Shown: one piece after another, positions 7,412-16,729 of the stretch
How positions within the stretch are numbered: the first letter of the stretch is position 1
Layout of the letters: every line of letters begins with the position of its first letter
Assembly (NCBI RefSeq): GCF_964019745.1
Contig: NZ_OZ026462.1
Location: forward strand, 304,620-336,619
DNA length: 32,000 nucleotides
Source: Candidatus Saccharimonadota bacterium
Lineage (GTDB): Bacteria > Pseudomonadota > Gammaproteobacteria > Burkholderiales > Burkholderiaceae
Direction of reading: 5' to 3'
The notes under the pieces: model-generated
What the model saw: only the letters and a program-made list of their open reading frames with translations
Told to the model about the DNA's origin: nothing
Database searches by the model: none
Made by a program: the position numbers and the translations under genes

Positions 7412-10246
7412 ATGTTAAAAATAAAATATCCAATTAATATAAAGAAAACAAATTTTCCTATGAGAGGAAATTTATTAAAATTAGAAATTGAAATTCTTAA
7501 TAAATGGAAAAAAGATAATATTTATAAAAAAATAAGAGAAAAATTTAAGGATAAATTAGAATTTATTTTACATGATGGTCCACCTTATGCTAATGGTCCT
7601 ATTCATATTGGTCATGCTGTAAATAAAATTTTAAAAGATTTTATAATAAAATCTAATTGTATGTTAGGATATAATGCTAAATATATACCTGGTTGGGATT
7701 GTCATGGAATGCCAATAGAAATTCAAATAGAAAAAAAATTTGGTAAAAATATATCTATTAAAAAAGTTTTAACAGAAGCTAGAAAATATGCTGAAAAACA
7801 AATTAAAAAACAAAAACTTGATTTTATTCGTTTAGGAATTATTGGAGATTGGAAAAATATTTATAAAACAATGAATTTTAAAAATGAAGCTGAAGAATTA
7901 AGAATTTTTAGAAAATTATTAAAAAATGGTTATATATATCATGGTTTAAAACCAGTTTATTGGTGTTTTGATTGTAAATCAGCTTTAGCAGAAGCTGAAA
8001 TAGAATATAAAATTAAAAAATGTATATCTTTATATGTAGGTTTTCCTTTTTTTGAACATATTAAATTAGCAAAATTATTTAATTTAAAAAAATTATCAAC
8101 AAAAAATGGATTTATTATTATTTGGACTACTACTCCTTGGAGTTTAATTTCAAATCAAGCTTTAAGTTTAAATCCTAACTTAAATTATTCTTTAATAGAA
8201 ATAAAAATAAAAAAAAAAATATTAATTATTCTTGCAGAAGATTTAATAGAAAATTTTTTAAGAAAAATTAATTTAAATGGTAAAATTATTTCTACAATTA
8301 AGGGAAAAAAATTAAAATTAATTAATTTTAAACATCCATTTTATAAATTTGATAATTTTTTTAATCGTTTATCACCAATTTTTTTAGATAAAAATATAAC
8401 TAAAGATAATGGTACTGGAATTGTACATTTAGCTCCTGCATATGGCGTTGAAGATTATAATTTATGTAAAAAAAATAATATTAAAGATTTTAATATTTTA
8501 GATTTTATAACAGATTCTGGAAATTTTAAAATTAATATATCATTTTTAAAAAAAAAAAATATTTGGGAATCAATAGATATTATTTGTTTAAAATTAAAAG
8601 AATCAGAATCATTATTTAAAATAGAAAAATTTAAACATAAATATATGTATTGTTGGAGACATAATACACCAGTTATTTATAAAACTACTTTGCAATGGTT
8701 TGCATCTATGGATATTCTTATTAAAAATAATAAAAAAACTTTAAGAGAAAAAGCTATTAGTAGTATTAAAAATATAACTTTTTTTCCTAAAAAAGGAAAA
8801 AATATTTTTAAAAATATGATTATTAATAGACCAGATTGGACTTTATCTCGTCAAAGACAATGGGGAGTACCTATAGCTCTTTTTTATCATTATAAAACTG
8901 GTGAATTACATCCTAAAACAGATAAAATTTTAAAAAAAATAGCTAATAAAATTGAAAAATATGGTATTGAAATATGGCATAAAATTGATTTGCAAAAAAT
9001 AATAAATGAAAAAAATTCTATAAAATATATAAAAAGTAAAGATACTTTAGATGTTTGGTTTGATTCTGGTACAACACATAAAACAGTTTTAAGAGGATCT
9101 CATAAAAAATATTTAAAATTTCCTTCTGATATATGTGTAGAAGGAATAGATCAATTTAGAGGATGGTTTAATACTTCTTTATTAACTTCTTTAATGTTAG
9201 ATAATAAAATACCTTATAAATCTTTATTAGTTCATGGATTTGTAGTTGATAAAAATGGTAAAAAAATGTCTAAATCTAATGGTAATGTTATATCTCCTAA
9301 AGATATTATAGATACTTATGGAGCAGAAATATTAAGATTATGGGTTGCTTCTGTAAATTATTCTAATGAATTATCTATATCAAAAGATATTTTAAATCGT
9401 GTAATAGAAATTTATAGAAGAATTCGTAACACTATTAGATTTTTATTATCTAATATAGAAGATTTTGATAATAAAAAAGATTCTATTTTAATAGAAAAAA
9501 TGTTAGAAATTGATAAATATGCAATAATTAAATTAAATATTTTACAAAAAAATATTTTAAAATATTATAGTTTATATAAATTTTATTTAATTATTCACAA
9601 TATTCAAAAATATTGTTCAGAAGAATTAGGATCTTTTTATTTAGATATAATAAAAGATAGATTATATACTAATGCTATTAATTCTTTATCTAGAAGATCT
9701 GCACAAACAGCTATTTGGCATATAACTAAAACTATACTTTGTTTAATTTCTCCAATTTTATCATTTACAGCAGATGAAGCATGGAATTATTTTAATAATA
9801 AAAAAGAAAATAAAGAAACTATTTTTATAGAAACATATCATGTTTTACCAAAAATTTTAAATTCTAAAGAAATTTTAAAAAAATTTTTAATTTTAAAAAA
9901 AATTAAAAATAATATAATAAAAAAAATAGAAGAAAATAGAATTTCTAAAAAAATTGGTTCAACTTTAGAAGTTAAAGTAAAATTAAAAGTAAAAAAAAAA
10001 AAATATTTTTTATTAAAAAGTTTTGGTAAAGATTTAAAATTTGCTTTTATAATTTCTTCAATAAAAATTGAAAAAATTTTAGATAAAGAAAAAGAATCTA
10101 TAGAAATTAATTTAAGTAAATATAAAAAATGTGAACGTTGTTGGCATTATTGTAAAAATGTTGGATTAAATAATAAACATAAAACATTATGTAAAAGATG
10201 TATTATTAATTTATTTAAAAAAGGAGAAAAAAGATTGTTTATATAA
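7412..10246 (+). CDS. ileS: Isoleucine--tRNA ligase
   Basis: HIGH motif (PIHIGHAVNK), KMSKS (KKMSKSNG), and C-terminal zinc knuckle CERCWHY...CKRC. The start is moved to the ATG at 7412 (MLKIKYPINIKKTNFPMRGNL aligns with E. coli ...LPETGFPMRGDL). The upstream 29 codons of the ORF overlap rsmE and are Tyr/Ile low-complexity. Confidence 0.95.
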   Translation: MLKIKYPINIKKTNFPMRGNLLKLEIEILNKWKKDNIYKKIREKFKDKLEFILHDGPPYANGPIHIGHAVNKILKDFIIKSNCMLGYNAKYIPGWDCHGMPIEIQIEKKFGKNISIKKVLTEARKYAEKQIKKQKLDFIRLGIIGDWKNIYKTMNFKNEAEELRIFRKLLKNGYIYHGLKPVYWCFDCKSALAEAEIEYKIKKCISLYVGFPFFEHIKLAKLFNLKKLSTKNGFIIIWTTTPWSLISNQALSLNPNLNYSLIEIKIKKKILIILAEDLIENFLRKINLNGKIISTIKGKKLKLINFKHPFYKFDNFFNRLSPIFLDKNITKDNGTGIVHLAPAYGVEDYNLCKKNNIKDFNILDFITDSGNFKINISFLKKKNIWESIDIICLKLKESESLFKIEKFKHKYMYCWRHNTPVIYKTTLQWFASMDILIKNNKKTLREKAISSIKNITFFPKKGKNIFKNMIINRPDWTLSRQRQWGVPIALFYHYKTGELHPKTDKILKKIANKIEKYGIEIWHKIDLQKIINEKNSIKYIKSKDTLDVWFDSGTTHKTVLRGSHKKYLKFPSDICVEGIDQFRGWFNTSLLTSLMLDNKIPYKSLLVHGFVVDKNGKKMSKSNGNVISPKDIIDTYGAEILRLWVASVNYSNELSISKDILNRVIEIYRRIRNTIRFLLSNIEDFDNKKDSILIEKMLEIDKYAIIKLNILQKNILKYYSLYKFYLIIHNIQKYCSEELGSFYLDIIKDRLYTNAINSLSRRSAQTAIWHITKTILCLISPILSFTADEAWNYFNNKKENKETIFIETYHVLPKILNSKEILKKFLILKKIKNNIIKKIEENRISKKIGSTLEVKVKLKVKKKKYFLLKSFGKDLKFAFIISSIKIEKILDKEKESIEINLSKYKKCERCWHYCKNVGLNNKHKTLCKRCIINLFKKGEKRLFI

Positions 10247-10405
10247 AAATTTTTAAAAAAAAATTGTATTTATAATAAATTATTAATAAAAAATAATATT
10301 TTTTAATATATTATATATATATTATATTTAATAAATAAAAAAATATTTTATATAATTTAAAATTTTTAATAAAAATTTTAAAAACATTTTTAAAAATATT
10401 AAAAT

Positions 10406-10855
10406 ATGAAAAATATTAATATTAAAATTTTTAATTATAAAATTAAAAATAAATTACCAAAATATGAAACAAATGGTAGTGCTGGATTAGATTTACGTGC
10501 TTGTATAAAAAATAAAAAAATTATTTTTCCTAAAAAAAAATATTTAATACCAAGTGGTATAGGTATATATATAAAAGATAAAAATATTACTTCTTTAATA
10601 ATTCCTCGTAGTGGATTAGCACATAAATATAATTTAATATTAGGAAATACTATAGGATTAATAGACTCAGATTATCAAGGACAAATAATGATTTCTATTT
10701 TGAATAGAGGAAAAAAAGAATTTATTATAGAACCAATGATGAGAATTGCACAAATGATTTTTATACCTTTAATAAAAATTAATTGGAATCTTGTTGAAGA
10801 TTTTAAAAAAAATAAAAGAAATAATAAAGGTTTTGGAAGTACTGGTTTAATATAA
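10406..10855 (+). CDS. dut: dUTP diphosphatase
   Basis: GSAGLDLRA, IPRSGLAHK, GLIDSDYQG, and C-terminal GFGSTG motifs. Confidence 0.93.
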   Translation: MKNINIKIFNYKIKNKLPKYETNGSAGLDLRACIKNKKIIFPKKKYLIPSGIGIYIKDKNITSLIIPRSGLAHKYNLILGNTIGLIDSDYQGQIMISILNRGKKEFIIEPMMRIAQMIFIPLIKINWNLVEDFKKNKRNNKGFGSTGLI

Positions 10856-10880
10856 AAATATATTATTAAATAATATATAA

Positions 10881-10971
10881 TAGAGATGGAGGGATTTGAA
10901 CCCTCGATACAGAATAAAATCTATATGCTTCCTTAGCAGGGAAGTGTTTTAAACCACTCAACCACATCTCT
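10881..10971 (-). tRNA. tRNA-Ser (anticodon GCU), long variable arm
   Basis: The reverse complement gives acceptor AGAGATG/CATCTCT, anticodon stem CTTCC/GGAAG with loop CTGCTAA, and T-arm GAGGGTTCAAATCCCTC. No encoded CCA. Confidence 0.88.
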
Positions 10972-11008
10972 AAAATATTTAATATTATAATATTTTTTAA
11001 AAAAATTA

Positions 11009-11968
11009 TTAATTATATAAATTAATCATTTTAGACATATAAATACAAATTTTTATTTGTTTTTTAATAAAAAATGGGATAGGAATTTTACCAATAAGTA
11101 TTTCTTTTGTTAAAAAAGCTGTATTTTTAATATTATTTTTTCTTTTTAAAAATATATTAAATATTTTTTTATTAATTTTATTATATATTATTTCATTTTT
11201 ATTTAGAAAAAACCAATTTATTTGTTTCATTTTTTTAATATTTGTCATTACTTCTCCTTCGGTGGATTTCATTAAAAATACTCCACCTTCTTTTTTAAAA
11301 TTTAAATTAATAAATATTTTTGATAAAATATTAAAATATTTTATATGTGAATAAGATATTAATCTTAATGAAGGTTTTGAAAATGGTTGAATAATTTTTA
11401 TTAAAAAATTTGCAAAATTACGAATACCTAAAAAAAATCTTAATGATAACAAACGATAAATTTTTGGAAAAAGTTTTTTTATAGAAAAAAATGCTATTTT
11501 TTTAGTTTTTAATAAAAAATTAATATCTTTATAATTATGAGCATTACGAAAACCTAATTTTTGTAAAATTTTTGTAGTTGTTATTTTATTAAAATTATTA
11601 ATAGTTCCATGAATTAAAACAGGAATATTTTCACGAGCTAATAATAAAGCTAGTAAAGGAATAAAATTAATATTTTTTTTTGTACCATTATAACTAGGAA
11701 TGACTATTGGAGCATATTTTTTATATTTAAAAAATTTAATTTTTTTAAAAGAATTTTTAATAACTTTTAAAAAACCTATAATTTCATTTATTGTTTCACC
11801 TTTTATACGCATAGCTACTAAAATAGTACCTAATTCTATATCAGAAATATTATTATTTAAAATTGACCATAAAAGAAAATATGCGTCATTTTTAGAAAGA
11901 TTATTATTTTTTTTTTTATTATTAGAAATAATTTTTATTATTTTTAAAAATTTAGAATTATAATACAT
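11009..11968 (-). CDS. ybiB: YbiB / TrpD2-family protein (anthranilate phosphoribosyltransferase-like, nucleic-acid binding), not a true TrpD
   Basis: IELGTILVAMRIKGETINEIIGF, PIVIPSYNGTKKNINFIPLLALLL, and STEGEV match my recollection of E. coli YbiB (PIVIPSYNGARKQANLTPLLAILL, GTEGEV). The TrpD GTGGDG motif is absent. Confidence 0.75.
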   Translation of the reverse strand: MYYNSKFLKIIKIISNNKKKNNNLSKNDAYFLLWSILNNNISDIELGTILVAMRIKGETINEIIGFLKVIKNSFKKIKFFKYKKYAPIVIPSYNGTKKNINFIPLLALLLARENIPVLIHGTINNFNKITTTKILQKLGFRNAHNYKDINFLLKTKKIAFFSIKKLFPKIYRLLSLRFFLGIRNFANFLIKIIQPFSKPSLRLISYSHIKYFNILSKIFINLNFKKEGGVFLMKSTEGEVMTNIKKMKQINWFFLNKNEIIYNKINKKIFNIFLKRKNNIKNTAFLTKEILIGKIPIPFFIKKQIKICIYMSKMINLYN

Positions 11969-11993
11969 AATTATTTTATAATTTATTTAAAAT

Positions 11994-13013
11994 ATGATTA
12001 TTTTAGGTATTGAAACATCTTGTGATGAAACTAGTTTAGCTTTATATTCTATTAAATATGGTTTAATTTCATATATTACACATTCTCAATTTTTAAAACA
12101 TTCAAAATATGGAGGAATAGTACCAGAAATTGCTTCAAGAGAACATACAAAAAAAATTTTATCATTATTTAAAAAATTATTATTTCAAAGTAATATTCAT
12201 CAATCACAAATTGATATTATAGCATGTACAGGAGGCCCAGGATTATCAGGATCATTATTAATAGGAGCTTTATTTGGAAATAGTTTAGCTTTTTTACTAA
12301 AAAAACCTGTTACTTATATTAATCATTTAGAAGGACATATATTAGTGCCATTTTTAACTTCTAAATTAATAATTTTTCCTTTTTTATCACTTTTAATTTC
12401 TGGAGGACATACACAATTAATATTAGTTAAAAATATTGGTGAATATAAAATTTTAGGAGAAACACTTGATGATGCAGTAGGTGAAATTTTAGATAAATTA
12501 GCTAGATCAATGAACATCAGTTATCCTGGAGGTGCTATAATTTCTAAATTTGCAAAATTAGGAATTTCTAATGTTTATAATTTTCCTCGTCCTATGATTT
12601 ATTCAAAAAATTTTAATTTTAGTTTTTCAGGATTAAAAACATCAGTATTAAGAACTATAAAAAATATTAAAAATATAAAAATTCAAGATAAATATAATAT
12701 ATCTAAATCTATTTTAGAAGCTATTATTGATGTTTTAAAATATAAAGTAATAAAAGCAATAAAAAAAACTAATGTTAAAATATTTTCAATAACAGGAGGA
12801 GTAAGTGCTAATAAACAAATAAAAAAATCTTTTAAAAAAGAAATTAAAAAAAAAACATTTTATAAATTATATTATCCTAAAAAAGAATTTTGTACTGATA
12901 ATGGTGTTATGATAGCTTTTGCTTGCGCAATTAGAATTAAAAATAATATTTGTTATACTTCAAATAAATATTTAATAAATATAGATCCTAAATGGTCAAT
13001 AAATAATTTATAA
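11994..13013 (+). CDS. tsaD: tRNA N6-adenosine threonylcarbamoyltransferase
   Basis: GIETSCDETS, INHLEGH, LLISGGHTQ, and CTDNGVMIA are Kae1/TsaD signatures. Confidence 0.93.
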   Translation: MIILGIETSCDETSLALYSIKYGLISYITHSQFLKHSKYGGIVPEIASREHTKKILSLFKKLLFQSNIHQSQIDIIACTGGPGLSGSLLIGALFGNSLAFLLKKPVTYINHLEGHILVPFLTSKLIIFPFLSLLISGGHTQLILVKNIGEYKILGETLDDAVGEILDKLARSMNISYPGGAIISKFAKLGISNVYNFPRPMIYSKNFNFSFSGLKTSVLRTIKNIKNIKIQDKYNISKSILEAIIDVLKYKVIKAIKKTNVKIFSITGGVSANKQIKKSFKKEIKKKTFYKLYYPKKEFCTDNGVMIAFACAIRIKNNICYTSNKYLINIDPKWSINNL

Positions 13014-13025
13014 TATTTTTAATAA

Positions 13026-13970
13026 TTATTTATATAAATTTAAAATATTTTTTATACCTTTTTTTTTAAGTAAAAAAGCTATTTTTTTACTTATTTTTTT
13101 TGGAAATATTGCACTACCATTTATTTTAGCATTAATAATATATTTTCCATTAGGAGTACCAATCATAGCTTTTATTTTCATTAAATTATTTTTTATAATT
13201 GCTAATGAACTTAAAGGTATTTGACAATTACTAAAAAATATACGTGATAATGTTCTTTCAGCTATTGAATTTAAATTACTATTTTTATGATTTAAAGGAG
13301 ATAAAATAAAATCTAAATCTTTACGATTTTTTAATATTTCTATTACTAAAGTACCTTGTCCTGGACAAGGTAAAAAATATTTTATTTTAATAATTTTTTT
13401 AATTCTTTTAAATAATTTTAATCTTTTTAATCCAGCTAATGCTAAAATTAATGCATCATATTCTTTATTATCTAATTTTTTTAATCTAGTTTCAATATTT
13501 CCAGTAATTGGTTTAATTATTAATTTAGGAAAATTTTTCATAATTAAAATTTGTCTTCTAATACTATTAGTACCAATAATTGAACCATTAGGTAAATCAT
13601 TTAAAGAATTATAAAAATTAGAAATAAAAACATCTCTAGGATCTTCTCTTTTTAAAAAAACAGATATTTTAAAAAATGAAGATAAATTTATAGGTACATC
13701 TTTTAAACAATGAATTGCTAAATCAGCTTTTTTTTTTATTATTAATTTTTCTAATTTTTTTACAAAATTTTTTTTTCTATTAATTTTTAAAAAATTTTTA
13801 TTAATATTTTTTTTTATTTTAGTATTTATACTTTTAATAATAAATTTAAAAAATGGATATAATTTATGTAATTTTTTTTTTATATATTTTGCTTGAAAAA
13901 TAGCAAGAGAACTATTACGTGTAACAATAGTATATTTTATTGGAAAATTTTTATAAAAAAATTTATTCAC
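13026..13970 (-). CDS. hemC: Hydroxymethylbilane synthase (porphobilinogen deaminase)
   Basis: [20 protein letters not shown] matches E. coli [31 protein letters not shown] and LALAGLKRL are also present. The start is assigned to the GTG at 13970 because the longer ORF (to 14045) reads through the tRNA-fMet gene. The exact start is uncertain. Confidence 0.85.
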   Translation of the reverse strand: [314 protein letters not shown]

Positions 13971-13987
13971 AATATTAAAAATTAAGG

Positions 13988-14062
<75 letters not shown>

Positions 14063-14157
14063 ATTATTTTATTTTTTTTAAATAAATTATTTATAAATAA
14101 TAATATTATATATTAAATTAATAATATTTACAATTTTTTTTTAAAAAAAAATAAAAA

Positions 14158-15522
14158 TTAAAAATTTTTTATATAATTTTCATATTTTATAAATTTTCCT
14201 AAAAATGATAATTTAATATTTCCTATAGGACCATTTCTTTGTTTTGCTATAATAATTTCTGCTATTCCTTTATTTTTAGAATTTAAATTATATAATTCAT
14301 CTCTATATATAAATAATATTAAATCAGCATCTTGTTCTAAAGCTCCAGATTCTCGTAAATCAGACATAATTGGTCTTTTATTTAAACGTTGTTCTAAAGA
14401 TCTATTAAGTTGTGATAAAGCTACTATTGGACAATTTAATTCTTTTGCTAAATTTTTTAAACTTCTAGAAATTTCAGATATTTCAGAGGCTCTATTTTCT
14501 TGATAATTTTGTCCAGACATTAATTGTAAATAATCAATAATTATTAAACCTAATTTTCCATATTTTCTTGCAATACGTCTTGATCTTAATTTTACATCCA
14601 TAGAACTTAAAGATGGACTTTCATCAATATAAAATTTTATTTTTTTCATTTTTTTTATTGTATAAACTAAACGTTTCCAATCTCCTTCTAATAATTGTCC
14701 AGTACGCAATCTTTGTTGTTCTAATTTACCTACAGAACTTAACATACGCATTGCTAATTGCGTTCCTCCCATTTCCATAGAAAAAACAACTACTGGTAAA
14801 CCACTATTAATAGCAACATTTTCTCCTATATTAATAGAAAAAGCTGTTTTTCCCATAGAAGGACGACTGGCAATAATTATTAAATCTCCAGGTTGGAATC
14901 CTGATGTTATTTTATCTAAATCAATAAAACCAGTAGAAATTCCAGTTACATCTTTAAAATTTTTTTTTTTATATAATTTTTTTATTTGTTTAGCAACTTT
15001 ATTTAATAAAGGTTGAATTTTTATAAATACTTGATTTTTTTGAAATTCCATATTTGATATAGAAAATATTTTAGATTCTGCTTCATCTAAAATATTTTTA
15101 ATATTTTTTCCTTTAGGATTAAAAGCATTTTCTATAATATTATTAGAAACTATAATAAGTTTTCTTAAAATACTTCTTTCTTTAATTATTTTAGCATATT
15201 TTTTAAGATTAATTATTGAAGGTGTATTTTGAATTAAAGAATTTAAATAATTTAAACCATTTTTAGTATTAAAATTTCCTTGTTCTAACATTGATTCATA
15301 TACAGTAATTACATCTGCAGATTTTGTTTCATTAATTAATTTAGAAATATGTTTAAAAATTATTCTATGATCATATTTATAAAAATGATTTTCATTAATA
15401 TAACCATAAATATATTCCCAAGCTAAATTATTAATTAATAACCCACCTAAAATTGATTGTTCAGCTTCTATAGAATGTGGTAATACTCGTAAAAAATTTA
15501 ATTTTAAATTAATATTTTTCAT
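14158..15522 (-). CDS. dnaB: Replicative DNA helicase
   Basis: PHSIEAEQSILGGLL N-terminus, Walker A ASRPSMGKTAF, IIIDYLQLM, ALSQLNRSLEQR, and IIAKQRNGPIG. Confidence 0.95.
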   Translation of the reverse strand: MKNINLKLNFLRVLPHSIEAEQSILGGLLINNLAWEYIYGYINENHFYKYDHRIIFKHISKLINETKSADVITVYESMLEQGNFNTKNGLNYLNSLIQNTPSIINLKKYAKIIKERSILRKLIIVSNNIIENAFNPKGKNIKNILDEAESKIFSISNMEFQKNQVFIKIQPLLNKVAKQIKKLYKKKNFKDVTGISTGFIDLDKITSGFQPGDLIIIASRPSMGKTAFSINIGENVAINSGLPVVVFSMEMGGTQLAMRMLSSVGKLEQQRLRTGQLLEGDWKRLVYTIKKMKKIKFYIDESPSLSSMDVKLRSRRIARKYGKLGLIIIDYLQLMSGQNYQENRASEISEISRSLKNLAKELNCPIVALSQLNRSLEQRLNKRPIMSDLRESGALEQDADLILFIYRDELYNLNSKNKGIAEIIIAKQRNGPIGNIKLSFLGKFIKYENYIKNF

Positions 15523-15573
15523 TAATATATTTCTAATATTATTTTATATATTTATATTTTAAATAAAATATTT

Positions 15574-16020
15574 TTATTTGTTAAAAACAAAAATTGATAA
15601 AATAGAATTTATATTAGAAAATAAATAAATAGGTATTTTATAATTTCCGATTTTTTTTATAAATTTATACGGTAATTTTATTTGATCTTTTTCAATAAAA
15701 ATTTTTTTTTTTCTTAATTCTAATAAAATATTATTTTTATTAATATAATTTAATAAATTTCCTTTAAATGAAGATTTTTTATAAATTTTAATATTCAAAT
15801 TTTTTATTTTTTCTGCTATTTTTTTATATTTTTTTTTTTTTTTTCTAATTATTTTTTTTATTTCTGATTTTTTTAATTTATATTTTATAATATTTATATT
15901 ATTAGCAATACAAGCAATTTTTTTAGGAATTAAAAAGTTACGAGCATAACCATTTTTTACAGAAATAATATCTGTAAATTTTCCAAGATTATTAAATTGT
16001 TTTAATAAAATTATTTTCAT
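15574..16020 (-). CDS. rplI: 50S ribosomal protein L9
   Basis: MKIILLKQFNNLGKFTDIISVKNGYARNFLIPKK matches E. coli MQVILLDKVANLG...VKAGYARNFLVPQGK. Confidence 0.88.
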   Translation of the reverse strand: MKIILLKQFNNLGKFTDIISVKNGYARNFLIPKKIACIANNINIIKYKLKKSEIKKIIRKKKKKYKKIAEKIKNLNIKIYKKSSFKGNLLNYINKNNILLELRKKKIFIEKDQIKLPYKFIKKIGNYKIPIYLFSNINSILSIFVFNK

Positions 16021-16031
16021 TTTTAAATTTT

Positions 16032-16316
16032 TTAATTAATTTTATAAAAATTAATATATGGTAATAAAGCTAAAAATCGCGCTCTTTTTATAGCAATATT
16101 TATTTGACGTTGAAAATTTGATTTAATATTAGTAAAACGTGCTGGTATTATTTCTCCAGATTCTTGTAAAAAATTTTTTAAAAAATTTAAATTTTTATAA
16201 TCAATATATTTAACATCTGATTTAATAAATTTATATTTTTTTTTTTTTCTAAATAATAAATTTTGTTTTAAACGTTTTTGTTTAAATTTATTTTTTTTAA
16301 ATTTTTTTATAAACAT
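16032..16316 (-). CDS. rpsR: 30S ribosomal protein S18
   Basis: IDYKNLNFLKNFLQESGEIIPARFTN...QRQINIAIKRARFLALLPY matches the E. coli S18 core. Confidence 0.9.
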   Translation of the reverse strand: MFIKKFKKNKFKQKRLKQNLLFRKKKKYKFIKSDVKYIDYKNLNFLKNFLQESGEIIPARFTNIKSNFQRQINIAIKRARFLALLPYINFYKIN

Positions 16317-16325
16317 TATTTAATA

Positions 16326-16330
16326 TCCTT
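16326..16330 (-). promoter_or_regulatory. Candidate Shine-Dalgarno (AAGGA), 9 nt upstream of the rpsR ATG
   Basis: The minus strand reads AAGGATATTAAATAATG. G-containing SD-like motifs are absent upstream of most other genes here. Confidence 0.4.
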
Positions 16331-16366
16331 AAAAATTATTAATAATTTAATAAATTTAATTAAATA

Positions 16367-16714
16367 TTAATTATTTTTTATTTTTTTTTTTTTTTCTAAA
16401 TTTTTTATAAAAAATGATTTACTTAATGGTATATTTTTTATTTTAATTATTAAATATCTTAATACAATACTATTAAATTTTAAAAAATTTTCAATTTTAA
16501 TTATTTTATTTTTATTAATTTTAATGTTTAAACAAATATAAAAAGCTTCTGAAAAATTTTTTATTTTATATGATAAAATACGTTTCCCCCAATTTTCAAT
16601 TCTATAAATTTTTCCATTATAATTAATAATTATTTTTTTACATTTATTTAAAATATTTAAAATTTTATTTTTTTTATTAACATTTAATATACAAATAATC
16701 TCATAATATTGCAT
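16367..16714 (-). CDS. rpsF: 30S ribosomal protein S6
   Basis: MQYYEIICIL...GKIYRIENWGKRILSYKI...FKFNSIVLRYLII parallels E. coli MRHYEIVFMV...GKIHRLEDWGRRQLAYPI...FRFNDAVIRSMVM. Confidence 0.85.
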   Translation of the reverse strand: MQYYEIICILNVNKKNKILNILNKCKKIIINYNGKIYRIENWGKRILSYKIKNFSEAFYICLNIKINKNKIIKIENFLKFNSIVLRYLIIKIKNIPLSKSFFIKNLEKKKKIKNN

Positions 16715-16725
16715 ATATTATTATA

Positions 16726-16729
16726 TCCT
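16726..16729 (-). promoter_or_regulatory. Candidate Shine-Dalgarno (AGGA), 11 nt upstream of the rpsF ATG
   Basis: The minus strand reads TAGGATATAATAATATATG. Confidence 0.35.

Noticed and set aside
11700-11963. 87-aa ORF on the plus strand
   Set aside because: Antisense inside ybiB, low-complexity, no motif. This is a spurious shadow ORF.
11009-11968. Annotation as anthranilate phosphoribosyltransferase TrpD (tryptophan biosynthesis)
   Set aside because: It lacks the GTGGDG PRPP loop and carries the YbiB-specific PSYNG and TEGEV motifs. It is called TrpD2/YbiB instead.
12323-12517. 64-aa ORF on the minus strand
   Set aside because: Antisense inside the well-supported tsaD gene, so spurious.
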